DNA from: Camelus ferus
Taxonomy: Eukaryota
Direction of reading: 5' to 3'
Assembly: GCF_009834535.1 (NCBI RefSeq)
Contig: NC_045696.1
Span: 62,746,001-62,810,000, forward strand
DNA length: 64,000 nt
The notes beneath the pieces were generated by a model that was not told where the DNA came from, searched no databases, and saw nothing but the letters and a program-made list of their open reading frames with translations. Numbering within the stretch: the stretch's first letter is position 1; each line of letters begins with the position of its first letter. The translations under genes and the position numbers were made by a program. This document shows, piece after piece, positions 36,418-48,915 of the stretch.

Positions 36418-38329
36418 AAAAAAATTAGAAAACGTATCACCCATAACTAGAAGAACGTGCCTCATTGTGCTTCCCCAACAAGCCTCGTCAGCTTCTGGAA
36501 AGACTCAGTATTTACAGTGGACCATCTGCACGGGGGCTTGTTCGCAGCTGAAGTTGTTTCTAAAAGGGAAGAAACCTTATCCCCTCTAGGTGACCCTGGA
36601 GGGTGAGAACAAGGCTACACAGGCCCAAATACAGACGATTAAGCGGTGCAACATGGCTAGGCTGTGGGCATGGAGGTTAATCTGAGAAAGTCCTGGAAGC
36701 TCTAGGACTCAGAACCAGATTCCTTCCTTCACAAAGAGGTTCCCTGCAGCCTCAGCTCCTGGGAGGAAGGCAAGGGTCTGGGGTGCCCTGGCCCACCTCA
36801 GAGCGGCTCTCGGTCTGACACCCTCCCCATGCCAGTCAGTGAGGCACCAGTGGCCTGCCAAATCAGAAATAAAATTGAAATTCCAGAGCTGCTCCTTGGA
36901 ACATTAGCCGGTGGTGGAATCCAAGGCAGTCAAAGATGAAAGGGATCTCGGAGATCAGAAGCCCTGGATTCGCGTCAGAGCCCTGACAACTGAGGGCCTC
37001 TGTTCCCTTCTGTTAAAATGCAGGCAGTACTGTCCCCGTGCTGCCGGGAGGGAAGGGAGGCAGATGATGTCAGAGGGCTCTGTGGTGGGTGAGGAACTGG
37101 GGATCTCACCTTGGTAGCCCTTTACGTGAGCGCTGATCCCCTCTGTGTCCCTGCACCCCTCTCTGCCCCAAGGCTGGGGCAGTTCCTCCAGGAGAACCAG
37201 CTGATGTGGAGGCCAGAGAAACCCACCATTCCCTTGAGGAGCTGCTCTGTGTTTTTGAGTTCATTTGGGGGTAGAAGGAACGCTTTCAACAAGGGCAATA
37301 ATTTTCTACTTAAGAGTCAGTGGTTCATTTTCAGGCTGCGTTGATGCTCCAGCAGACACCCCAGGCAGCTTGCATTTCCAATTTCCTGTCCCTCCTTTGC
37401 TTCTGCTTACAAGTCATCATGTGCTGATGTCCAGACCTGGCTCTTTCTGGCTCTATGTCATAAAATGCCTCTTCATCCTGATTGAGCCGCAGTGCTAGGC
37501 AGCAAGTTCCCCTAGAGCCACCTGGGTTATGGTCTCTGCCTGGAAGGATGTTGTCCATCTCTCTGCCTCCGGCCCCGCTTTCCTGAGCCCAGCAGGTTTG
37601 GTGGCAGGTCACTGTGGTGTAAAAGGGAAGACTTGGAGGAGCTCCCTGCTGAAGGTGGTAAGGATGCACCCTGGGACTGCAAATGGCCCCTCTGCTCCCC
37701 AGCTTGCTCAAGAGTAGAAACCCTTCCAAACCCTTTTGAAACACCTGGGCACCCCCTCGTGGGTCCCCACTCCTCACTCTACCCCACATAGACCTGCCAG
37801 TGATGGATACAGGGCTCAGAGAAGCAGCAGGTTTTCTCTCGGCAGCAGCAACTTTGTGTCCTGACGTTTTTCTGTCCCTGGTGCCAGACAACACTGAAGG
37901 CCACGTAGCCTAAGCTGAAGTGACCTTTCCCTCAGTCCTTGTCATCACTTCATGCTTCCTGAGGCCCTGCTGTGTGCGATGCTGAGGAGGCAGTGGTGGT
38001 CCTGGGAGACGGAGCTGTGGGGAGCACAGAAGGACCGGTGGGCTTGACGGAGTTCGGGATGTCCACTTCCGTCTCCTTTCCCCTGGGTCTCTCCTTTCTG
38101 AGGGCTGAATCCAGTGCCTTGGCAATAAAACCTCCTCCTCCCCTGAAAAAAGAGAAAACCCTATTCCTAAGGTGACACATAACTTAGTCTGAACCCTGAG
38201 GTTTCAATAGATGACCAGGTGTCCTGGCTTGCCTGGGACGAGGCGTCTCTCAGGACTTGGGACAGCTGGTCACTCTGCTTTTGAAAATGGAAGAGAATGT
38301 GGCTATTCATCCAATTTGCAATACTTTGA

Positions 38330-39369
38330 TCAATGGCTTGTTTAAAGATATGTGGCTTAACTTCCAAATACTTGGAAACTTTCTAGGTATCTTGTTTTTT
38401 ATTTTAAGTGCAATTCCATTTTGGTTAGGGACCTTTTTTATTGAAGTATAGTCAGTTTACAATGTTGTTTGTGTCAATTTCTGGTGTACAGCATGTTTTA
38501 GTCATCCATATACATATTCATTTTCATTACAGGTTACTATAAGATATTGAACATAGTTCCCTGCGCTATACCAAAGAAACTTGTTTATCTATTTTATATA
38601 TAGTAGTTAGTATCTGCAAATCTCAAACTTCCAATTTATCCTTTCCCACCAACTTTCCCCTCTGGTAACCATAAGTTTGTTTTCTATGGGATTCTATTTC
38701 TGTTTTGTAAATAAGTTTTTTTTTTTTTTAAGATTTCACATATGAGTGATATCATATGGTATTTTCCTTTTCTTGGCTTACTTAGACTGACAATCTCCAG
38801 GTCCATCCATGTTGCTGCACATGGCATTATCTGAGTAGTATTCCATTGTATAAATGTACCCCAACTACTTTATCTAGTCATTTGTTGATGGACATTTGGG
38901 TTGTTTCCATGTCTTGGCTATTGTAAATAGTGTTGCTATGAACACTGGGGTGCATGTATCTTTTAGAATTAGACTTACCATATGATCCAGCAACCCCATT
39001 CCTGGGCATATATCTAGAGGAAACTCTATTTTCAGTTTTTTAAGGAATCTCCATATTGTTTTCAATAATGGCTGCACCAAACTACATTCCCACCAACAGT
39101 GTAGGAGGGTTAGGGACCATTCTTTATCTGATTTTTAACCTTTTAAAATGTATTGAGACTTGTTTTGTAGTCCAGTATGTGGTCTATCTTGATGAATGTT
39201 CCATTTGCAGGAGAAAAGAATGTGTGATCTGCTCTCGTTGGGTAGAAAGTTCTACAAATGTCTACTAGGTCAAGTTGGTTCATAGTTCTGTTCAGATCTT
39301 CCATATCCCCTGTCTACTTGCTCTGTCAATTACTGGGTAGGGTTAATAACATTTCCAACTACAATAGTT
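38330..39369 (-). mobile_element. Ancient L1 ORF2 (endonuclease region) fragment, split by a younger L1
   Basis: tattgagacttgttttgtagtccagtatgtggtctatcttgatgaatgttccat...gaaaagaatgtgt continues across the younger insertion. Confidence 0.7.
38434..39107 (-). mobile_element. 5'-truncated younger LINE-1 with TSD
   Basis: Poly-T then L1 3'UTR and ORF2 tail. Perfect 11-bp TSD ggttagggacc at 38423-38433 and 39108-39118. Confidence 0.92.
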
Positions 39370-40869
39370 AAAAAAAAAAACCCTCCCCTAGCTGGAGGGT
39401 CCCCTCTGCCATTCTGTGGTGGCCCAGCTGTATTTGGTAGAATTTTAGCTGGTTTGCAACCTGTTCCTGAAATAAATGAATTAACAGTAGTCAAACTACA
39501 TTCTAACCCTGCTGTGATCCCATCACTGCAGGCTTTAATGGCTAGAAAGATCCAGCATCTCTATTTGGTTTGGAAACTTAAAGTTGTTATCACCAAGCAG
39601 GCGCCAGAGCTCTGTTCTACTCACAGTCCAATTATGGTGAAACCCAGACAATGAACCTGTGTATTCCACTTGTAAGAATGTCCAACCGGAATGCCTTGCC
39701 CCTGGCCAGGAGCATACTCTTGGCCCCCTGTGATATGCAAGACCTCAAGGAAGCTCTATTCCCAGGCCCAGAGAATGTGTTGGAACTGGAAAACGACTCA
39801 GTGTGGCCCAACCCGGGCCAGGCCTCTGGTTTTCTTTCCACTGTGTTGTCCACTTCACCACAGCTCCTGCCCTGCGCTGCGTCAGGGGAGCTGTCTCTGT
39901 GGGAGACCAGAGATTGGCATTTCCAGGCTGGGAGCAGAGCTGGTTTTGCCATGATGCAGCATTCCCCACGCTACAATCTAGGGAAGGGGCGAAGCTGGTA
40001 AAGTAGGTGGGATGGAGTTTGATGCAGAACACGCCCCAGCCCACTTCTGCTCTTGTGCCTGACAAAGGGCCCTCCGGCTTTCCTCCACGTCGCAGGCTTC
40101 TCTGCTGTGACTGCCTCTCTGGGGGTGTGGGGCCTGGGGCACTCTCAGCTCCCTCCTGTGCCCACCTCTTGCAGGAGCTTGATGTTAAGGAGGCTGGAGA
40201 ACAGAGTGGCTAGCGCTCTAACCATGTCACCCACTGGGAGGTTTCTGATCTGCCCTCCCTTCTCCAAATGGACACACTTGGTTAGAGGACATAGAAGGGG
40301 CCCCCTGGCTCTAACATCCTGTGAGCTGTGGACCTGGATCAGATTTCTAAATCTGCCAAGAGAACTTGAAATTGAGCTGACCTTCTCTCTCAAATAGCCA
40401 TAATTCCACCTCCCTCTCCCACATCTGCTTTGCACCCTCAGCCATGGGTGTTTCCTGAGGTGTTTCAAGCCTCCAGCCCCTACCCCACCTTCAGAAATGC
40501 TAGGCATGGGGTCTTAATGATGAGGCTTGTTCTAAAGCAGAAGATTTTGTTTCTGCCTGTGTCTTTCCCTGCTCACCATTCAGAATTGCTTCCCCACTTT
40601 TCTCTCTCCTTTTCAAGATCAAAGACAAGAGGGTGGAAAGTTCCACCTACCTTGTTGCAATCTTCAGAAGTGGACACTGGGGCCTGATGCTGGCTTGGGC
40701 TGGTTGTAACTTTGGCGAAGTCCCTGCACCTCTCTGTGCACCAGTGTCCTCGGGCGTGGGGTGGCATGTGGTCACTTAGAACACCCGTCCCATAGGGTGT
40801 GGTACCTGTGCTTCCTAAGTCTGTACAACGCGAGCCATGCAGACGATGATGTATGTCATCCTGAGGAAG

Positions 40870-41025
40870 CCGAGTGTGGTGGGAAGAGCAGGAGGCCTGG
40901 GTCCAGGTCCCGGCCCTGCCTCTTGCTGGCAGTGCAATGAGATTCTGAACCTCAGAACCTCTCAGTTTTTGTAGCTGTAAACCTGGGGTGAAAACAGTAC
41001 CTCCCCTCAGGGTGGTTGTAAAGAC
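40870..41025 (+). mobile_element. MIR fragment just upstream of the exon acceptor
   Basis: ctgaacctcagaacctctcagtttt...ctgtaaacctggggtgaaaacagtacctcccctcagggtggttgt. Confidence 0.65.
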
Positions 41026-41068
41026 CCAGGGAACCAGGACTGGCAAACTGTGCCCCACACACACCCCG

Positions 41069-41096
41069 GGCTAAATCTGTCCTTTCCCCTTTCCAG
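41069..41096 (+). promoter_or_regulatory. 3' splice site of the last XXYLT1 intron (branch-point-like CTAAA, polypyrimidine tract, CAG)
   Basis: ggctaaatctgtcctttcccctttccag lies immediately before the start of homology to XXYLT1. Confidence 0.88.
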
Positions 41097-41493
41097 GCAC
41101 ACATTCTGGCAGTTCCGCCATGAGAACCCCAAGACCCGAGTCGGGGGTCCTCCCCCCGAAGGGCTCCCTGGATTCAACAGCGGGGTGATGCTGCTCAACC
41201 TGGAGGCCATGCGCCAGTCCCCGCTCTACGGCCGCCTGCTGGAGCCGGCGCAGGTGCAGCAGCTGGCCGACAAGTACCGCTTCCGGGGGCACCTCGGGGA
41301 CCAGGACTTCTTCACCATGATCGGCATGGAGCACCCCGAGCTCTTCCACGTGCTGGACTGTACCTGGAACCGGCAGCTGTGCACCTGGTGGAGGGACCAC
41401 GGCTACAGTGACGTCTTCGAGGCCTACTTCCGGTGTGAGGGCCACGTCAAGATCTACCATGGGAACTGCAACACCCCTATCCCAGAGGCCTAG
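41097..41493 (+). CDS. XXYLT1: Terminal coding exon of xyloside xylosyltransferase 1 (GT8 family, extends O-glucose glycans on Notch EGF repeats)
   Basis: Translation (R)HTFWQFRHENPKTRVGGPPPEGLPGFNSGVMLLNL...GHLGDQDFF...WNRQLCTWW...KIYHGNCNTPIPEA* matches the XXYLT1 C-terminal region, with GT8 motifs FNSGV, GDQD and YHGN. Preceded by a pyrimidine tract and CAG acceptor (ttccag|g, phase 2). Stop TAG at 41491-41493. CpG/GC3-rich codon usage. Confidence 0.96.
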
Positions 41494-42607
41494 GTCCCCC
41501 TCGCCTGGCCCGGGGTCTGGGAACGGATCGGATCTAGGGCACCTCTGGGACAGGCCCCGGGGCAGTGTCTGACCTCCCAGAGAGATGTCCTTGGGGTCTG
41601 GTGCTGCAGCTCCCCCACCGCAGTCACTGCCCTGTGGCCCCAGTGACCACCGGCCTGCACACTGTTGGTGCTTGGGACCTTTTGCCTCCAGCCGTCATGA
41701 AGGACAAACACGCAGACCTCTGGTGGGCGAGGAAGCAAGCATGTGAAAAGAAGGAAGAAAAAAATGGTGGCACTTGCCTTCAGCCCCCAAAGAATGGAAA
41801 CCTTGGACCAAATATAAATTTGTTTTAAATTGATAGGTGAGACAGAACAAACAGTCCTGCCGTCGCTCCCAGTGAGCTCTAAATGTGAGAGTCAGGGTTT
41901 TAAAAACTGTCCCCAGAGCTGAAGCATCCAAATGAAGGCCGGCCTTCCGCTGCGCCCCGAGGGGGCTGTGTGCCTACTCCCACGATGCGCGCATCACCGG
42001 GCGCAAGTGTAAAGTCACCACCTCTTTGGGGAGGGCCTTCAGCACCAACTGTGGCCCACATAGAAAAACCGGTCCCATTATTTTTGCCTTCATAGCTTTT
42101 ATCTCCCAACAACATCACAGAACCTCATCATCCCTTAGTCATCTGAGCCAGCTCCAGGTGACCAGACTCTGCTCAGAAGTCAAATCCGCCATCAAAGAAC
42201 AGAGGCTGTCCATCCCCAAGGACAGGCGAGGGCATTGTCTGGACTAGGAAGGCTCATTCCAAAGAGGAGCCCGGCTGTGTACAGCCGTGTAGCTTGGAAG
42301 AGGCATCATTCTTAGACTTACAAGCATCCTCGTCTCTATTTAGAAGACTCCTCCTTGTGACGTGCTTGTTGCACCAGGTCAAACCCCATACCTGAGAAGA
42401 CGCTAGGCTGTCGTTTCTTGGTTTCTGCTTTTAGTGAGCGCTCCTGCCTGTGAGTGAGCTGCACACATGCAGCCCCTGCTGGTTCATTTTGTACAACCAG
42501 TTGAGGTCCCTGGGGAAGAAACGTTGAATTTTCATCTCATTTCAATTTCATTTAACTTTTTTCCACCATAAGTGAGAAGAGTTAATAAATAATCTTTGAG
42601 AACACAA
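41494..42607 (+). other. XXYLT1: XXYLT1 3'UTR (end approximate)
   Basis: Unique sequence between the stop codon and the first AATAAA that has a downstream GU/U-rich element. Confidence 0.7.
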
Positions 42608-42625
42608 TGATTTATGTGTTTTCCC
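42584..42625 (+). terminator. Polyadenylation signal and downstream element
   Basis: AATAAA at 42584-42589, CA dinucleotides about 15 nt downstream, then tttatgtgtttt. U-rich sequence upstream. Confidence 0.72.
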
Positions 42626-43069
42626 TCTGATTACAGCTTTCTACTACCTGAAGGTTCTGAGGCAAGAGCATCATCAGCGTGGTTCAGAGTAAGTGTGTTC
42701 ACAGCCGGCCTCTGGAGGAGCACGTCCGAAGGGGCGGCTAGCAGTGTTGTACTGGGTTCAAAATAGAGAATCGTTTCATTCTAGCTACTGGCAGGCCCGT
42801 CTGCTTCTGGAAGCAAAAACAGCCACCCCATCCCTTCTCATCCAGCTTACTCCTAACTGGCCAGTTACAGCATCCCCTGTTAAAACAGCACATGTCTCTC
42901 CTCTCACCTCCGACAGAACTGGTCTGTTCTCTTAGGTTCTTGATTTCCCATTTGTAGCTGCCAATTACTGCCTGTGTGCTGGGCACTACGTGTGTGATAG
43001 CACACACTATCACTGATCCTCACGAAGGTAATTTGGAGTCAGAAATTTTTGGTAAGAAAAAAGACGAGA

Positions 43070-43330
43070 TGTGGACAGTCAATGTTTATCATTTTTTTAT
43101 AAGAAAATTAGGAGCCACTTTAAATGTTGAATATGGGAGTAGATTAGATAACGTGTTATGTATATATAATGGAATACCTTGGGCATTAAAAATATTTTTG
43201 AAAAATACCTTGGAAAATGTGTATTGTGTGCTATTAAGAAGGCAAAACACAAAGTTATATGTATAGTATGATCCTCATTTTTTTTAAATTACATATATAT
43301 GTATGTGTGTATGTAAATATATAAAGAGAG
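43070..43330 (+). mobile_element. Ancient L1 (L1ME-like) 3' fragment
   Basis: tatatataatggaatac...cattaaaa...tggaaaatg...tatatgtatagtatgatcc. Confidence 0.5.
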
Positions 43331-44544
43331 AACCTGTTCTGTTGTGTTTCATTAGTTCAACTCCTAGAAAATCACGTGTTTCAAACACCACATTAAAAAA
43401 TCAACTTTTTTAATGGGGAAAAAGTGAGTGAAACACTAGAGCATCGTCAACTCAACAGAAGACATTTTTCCTGCAATAATTTCAATAGTTAAAGTATTTC
43501 TATAGCGATCGGTGTGTTGTGTAATTGCAAGGCAAGAACAGTAAACTGATCAAAATGGGCAAAAGCCAAAGTCTCGTTTACCTTTGAGATCACCTACTCC
43601 GGAGCTCCCCACTTCTCTGTCTCACGTCGCCTTGACCTTACAGCTAACTCCGTGGTGAACTGCAAAATAAAACAGGAAGCCCAGCCAGACCAACAGAGCC
43701 ATCTGTGCAGCCGTGCTTTACCGCAAGCAGCTTTTTTACAAGTCTTGGGAGGCTGGTTCCTGGCTGGGATCCTGTTACAATCAATGCAATGCAAACATAA
43801 TTAATTGTGCCGTGTTTAATTTTGAAGCCTGGTGAGGAGTGCATATGCCTATACATATGACTGGCAGTCTGAAAGGGAAAAATTTGGGTAGCAGGATTAA
43901 GCTGCTCTGTAATCCTCATCTGTATTTACTCCTATATTTTCCATAGTGAAAGCTACTTTTAATAATAAAGATAAACCATAAATGCTATAAAATTCTAGCC
44001 ATCCACTTCCCCCCAGTTACAGGCAAGTACCGTCCTGGCCACTTTACAGCTCCCACTTGGCCATGGTTACCATCATCCATAAGAAAACAATCTTGGTAAA
44101 GTAGGCTGTGGGTTTTCAACTGTCCCTATGGCTGCCCTAGTTCTCCAAATAAAAGGGACTTCATAATAGCGTCTCCAGACTCTGCTTTCCTTTCTGATAC
44201 CATCATCTTTTGTGTGTACACAGATGATAATGGCCTTTGGAAGGCTCTCAGGCTTGTTGAAGAGATTTATTTTTGTATATGTGTCAAACACAAACCACAG
44301 CAGCCCTGTCCTTAACATCTCATCAAGCCAGAGTGACATGCTGGTTCAGTGGGCCCAACCTCAGGTGCGCCAGAGGCTCACGGGCCAAGGGACCTAGTGC
44401 AGCCGTGATTCGGCACCTGCTCAAACCAAAGGCCAAACCTCTGCTCATCCTAAGACCACCTGACTGATAGCACGGAGGCCCCGAGGTTGGGCTGAATGGA
44501 GTTTGGCAGGACCAGAGGAGGTTTCTGAGCAAGTAGGACGGTGC

Positions 44545-44725
44545 AGTAGAGAAAACCTCACACCTGAGACCGGCCTGGCTTGGAGTCCATGTTCTGCCCT
44601 CACCACCTGGGCGATCTTGGACAAGCAAGATCACCTCTTTTGTCATTTCTGGGCACAGGTAATGAGAACTCCTTCAAAGCAGTGTTGTTGGAAGAAAAGA
44701 TGTGTAAGGGCTTGGTAAGCTAAGG
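44545..44725 (+). mobile_element. MIR fragment
   Basis: gtgcagtagagaaaac...ctgggcgatcttggacaag...tgtgtaagggctt. Confidence 0.55.
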
Positions 44726-46639
44726 AGTAATACATAGTCCTTAGAGTTACTACTTAAAACACTCCTTTAAAATAATAAAATGACAGCCACTTAAGGCACA
44801 TTAAATGTCATCCCTAAACCCAGTGGATGACCAGACATTTGCTTGTAGGCTGAGTTTTTTGGTAGCCACGCCATTCTGCAGAGGCCTGGGTGTGTTTCTT
44901 CATCTGTGAGAACAAGGGGTTAAGCAGCCCCCTGCCCCGGCCCTGTTGGGAACGACATACCTGTGCATCCACTGGGGTTCACACACGCGTGTGGCGGGGA
45001 GTCCAAATCAAATGTAGACCCTCCAGACCTCAACTCACCAACTTGGAATTTATGACCATTCAAACTGAAACTCACTTGAAATGTACTGTAGCACACTCCT
45101 GCCCCCTGCCACTGGCCCCCGCCAACCTGGATAGGGAAAGTGAGGGGTACAGACAAGCTAGATGGGGGTGATATTTAAAATTCAGAGAGAACCAACTGCC
45201 TTCCATGAGGCCCTCTGCTTATAGCCCACTGATTTAGCTAAACTCTCGTCTGAGTTTTCAGCTTATGTGACCAGTTCCCAAAGGGCCTCCCAGGCAGAGC
45301 TGCTCTATAGACAGACAGCCCCATGGGTCTCACCCTGAGAAAGACTGAGCCTTGAGTCTCCTTACCAGGGAGCCCAGGGGAGGTGCCCTGCAGGACACAT
45401 TGAGTGGACCGGCCAGCCCCTCCCTGAGATGCTGGCAAAGATCAAATACCCTTCTGGGGTGAAGGCTTCTCCAACTGGGTCTGGCTTGGCTCTCAGGCTA
45501 TCTCAAGGGGTACCCCCATTCTGAGGGAGACATGTCCACCCCATGGGGACACTGTGCAGCCTCACTGAGTGCCACACATACTCAGAGCCTTAGAGGCCAG
45601 CTGCCCTCTCCAGCCCTGCTGCCCTGATAGGATTTGTTCCAGTCCTTCCCTGAGCCCTGCTCCCTGTGCACTGGCCTGAGCAGGACCACGGAAGCATGGA
45701 GACTGGGGTGTTTCTGGACAAAGCGGGGCTTTGCAGACAGCTGGAAGCTGGGGCTGTCTAGACAAAGCAAGGTGCTATCAATTCTTTCTTGCTCCTATGG
45801 TGCTCTGAGCAGCCTCCAGCCCTGCAGAGAGGAGCCCAGGCTCAGCTCGGGGCTCCACCCTTTCTCCAGCACTGTTCCATCACTGAGGCTGGTGGGTCCT
45901 GCCTCCCTCACACCCCTGTCTCCATGGCAGGCCCTCCTCCTCCTGAGGACTCCTGGCTGAACAGGGCTGGGGGGCTGGCCTCCGGTCCTGCTCATCCTTT
46001 GATGACTCCCAGCCACTCACTCTTAGGATGAAGTCCCAACCCCTGAGCATGGCACCCAAGACACAACCTTCTCCCCCGGTCCTCCGCATGGGAGGGAGTG
46101 CCCATGCACACCTCCCATTAGCAAAGCAGAACTGCCAGCTGTGTGCTCCCCACCCCTTGTTAAGGCTGCTCTGTCTCCCACCGGCTGAGGCTGATTCTCA
46201 GAGAGGCCCTCCCTCACCCCCAGCTGGAGTCAGCCCAGGAGTTCCCACCCCTGCCTTCTATGAGGGAGCGGGAGCGCAAGCTTTCTCCCCTCCCACGTGG
46301 TTATTTGCACACTGGCCTCACCATCTGTACTGGCTGGTGGGCACCTCGAGGGCAGAGACCATCCCTCTGTGTGTCCCTCGGTGCTGCACAGAGCAGGGCC
46401 AGGCGATAGGGGAGTGGGTCGTCCCCTGGGTATCTGGGCTGGGGCAGGATGCAGATGAAGCCAGCAAGTCCAGCATTTCCCTCTGCTTCATTCTCACCGG
46501 TCTGTGGAACCTCAGCAGAGGTTGAGCTCCTCAGCCTGTGACCCAGCCTCCCCACTGCCACCTGTAAGCTCCCTCTCTTAGTTCTTACTTATTCCTGTTT
46601 ATCACTACATCCACCCCAGTCCCCACAATAGACAATCAT

Positions 46640-47200
46640 CCTCATCTGCCCAGTGCGTATCTGTATCCTTGCAAAATTTTGTATTGTTTTGGATATGTGT
46701 GTTTTTAACTTCGGTCACTGAAATTCCCATTTTTTTTTTAATCGGCACTGTGCTAGGAAGACCCAGCCCTGCTATCACGCGCACACCCACTGCCACCCAG
46801 CCCCGTGGTTTGCTGCTCCCACCACGGCTCAGCCACCCTCACCTGCCTGGATGGACACACCTCCCCTCCCACCCACCGACTCACTCCCCACCCCACACAA
46901 ATGACCCTGCCTGCTATGAGCATCCTTGTCCTGGGTCCTTGTGCACATGGTTAGAATTTCTCTGTGTTGTAGATTCAGGAACACAACTGCTGGATCATAA
47001 GGTTTGCCGACTCTTAAATTTCTGAATGGTACAGATCGCTCCCAGAATGGCCACCGCTCCCCCACTCTCACCCACAAGAGCCCTCACCTCCTCCGCCTGC
47101 CTGTGCTCATCTTCACGTGTCTACGCATCCACACACGTGTGACCAGGGTTAGAGCTGCTCTGTGTGAGAGGTATGACCTTGACCTCGGCCGGCAGGGCAC
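46640..47200 (-). mobile_element. Very degenerate ancient L1 3' fragment
   Basis: ctgctatgagcatccttgtc...ttgtgcacatg...agaatttctctg...aactgctggatcataagg...cagatcgctcccagaatgg. Confidence 0.5.
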
Positions 47201-48915
47201 CTCCGTAAACTGCGTAGAGTCCAGCTGGCTCCTGGCCTCGCTGCCCTCCCATTTGGCTGTGAGTATTAGGTGAGCTCACCCACAGAAGAGTACTTTCCAG
47301 GCCCTGGACATACCTCGCTCCCTCACACGCAGCCCGTCCCCAGCACCACATGACACATTCACAAGCTCTGTGACCACCCCAAGTCCTGCCCAGGGGCATG
47401 TCCTGGCCATTTGGCCCCACACCCAAGCAGCCCCCAGGTAGGACCTGGAGTTCCCCCATTACAGCATCCTGCCCTCTCTCAGGAAGGCCTCCTCTCTCAC
47501 ACCCCAGGCAGCTCTGACCCTCTAACCCTCATCCAGCCTGGGCCTGGCACTTCCCAAAGCACAGATGCCTTTTCCCGAAGCACGAAGCCAGGCTAAGAAT
47601 TCCTACTAGACACATGTAGAATTTCCGTGCTTAAAGGCCTGCTGTCAGAGACACAGGTAATCCTCTACCGTTAGCAACGGTCTAAGCCAGAATGTGGCAG
47701 GGATGTCGATAATTTTCCAGGCTAAGTAAATACATCCTTTGAAAAATTTAAGTCCTTGTTCACAGTCACAGACAGGCAGCTTCGTGGTAAACTTGAGTCC
47801 ATCTCATCTTGTCCCACCTTTCAGGAACACTAACCTCCTCTCTAATCCAGGAATCCCATGACAACCCTTCTCCCCTCTCGCATCTCTCTGGGGGCCTTTG
47901 TGGCCCCTCCTCTCCCACCTGCCTTCCCTGACCTGCCCTCCCTGGCCCAGCCTCCTTCCCCAGGGGCCCCCAGGACCCCCTATGCATTGAAACTTCCCAG
48001 CTGGGGCTGCAGGATATGCAGCTGCTAGACACTGAATATCTGATGGACGGGCCCTGGGAGAAGACTCCATCTAGCTGCACAGAGACGGCCTGGAGAGCCT
48101 GGGGTATGATCCGGGATGAAAGTCGGAGCCCCCTAGCAGCATGGGCATCATGGGGGTGGGTCCGGCTGGGCAGACTCTGTTGGTACACACACCTGGTGGC
48201 GCCACAGAAACACATGTCTAGGGCAGACAGCCCCTGGGAAGGAACATACTCTGCCCACCCAGCACTGCAGCTGGGAGCTGGATATGGGACGGACAGGTCC
48301 TGGGAGAGGCCTGCAACAGAGGCGGCCCCAGTCCTAGGCAGCAGCACAACCACCTCAATTCCTGAAGCCAAAGCGACCCAGCCCCCAGGACCAGCCTGCT
48401 ACATACCACAGCCTAGTACGAGGCCTGGGACAAACACGTGGAGAAAGGGACATGACCTTGGAATGCTTCCGGGCAGAACTGTGGACATTTACACAAGCAG
48501 TGCATAGGTTTGCTGTGACCACATGGGCCTCACTTGCTTCAGTGGTCACCTCTTTTGGGACATAGCACACATCAAGTGCAACAGAGCCTTCTCAAACCTG
48601 AACCTCAGGCTTCTACTCCACCACCTGGGAGCCTCTGACAGGACTGTGACAGCATGGGACAAAGATGGGGCCCTGTCCAGCATCCAGTGCAGGCTTTGGT
48701 CACCACAACACCAGTCACACCCCTACCAAGCAGATAATGGCCAGTAAACTCTGAGGAAAGATATGGCTGGCATCCATACCAAAAACACCGCTTACAACAA
48801 AAATATGGGACTCATGCAGTCTTCATAGGGATGCTCCCACATGAAAACATCACTTCAGAACCACTCTAGACAACTGTTTCTGCTCAATTCTTAGACACAG
48901 AGAAAGTTAAGTAAA

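Larger units (their letters stand above)
1..41096 (+). other. XXYLT1: Distal part of the long last intron of XXYLT1
   Basis: No upstream XXYLT1 exon (DxD-containing) recognised in the window. Repeat-rich non-coding sequence. The orthologous human intron is also very long (recalled). Confidence 0.75.

Noticed and set aside
41050..41096. N-terminal MPHTHPGLNLSFPLS of the 147-aa ORF as real coding sequence
   Set aside because: GTG start and it overlaps the branch point and polypyrimidine tract. Homology begins only after the AG at 41095-41096.
1..41096. Orthologues of human intronic antisense lncRNAs or miRNA at this locus
   Set aside because: Cannot be identified from sequence alone; no supporting signal recognised.
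41071..41460. 129-aa antisense ORF
   Set aside because: Shadow frame caused by the GC3-rich codon usage of XXYLT1.
47766..48507. 201-aa and 163-aa overlapping ORFs
   Set aside because: GC-rich sequence overlapping the L1 5'UTR remnant; no homology recognised.
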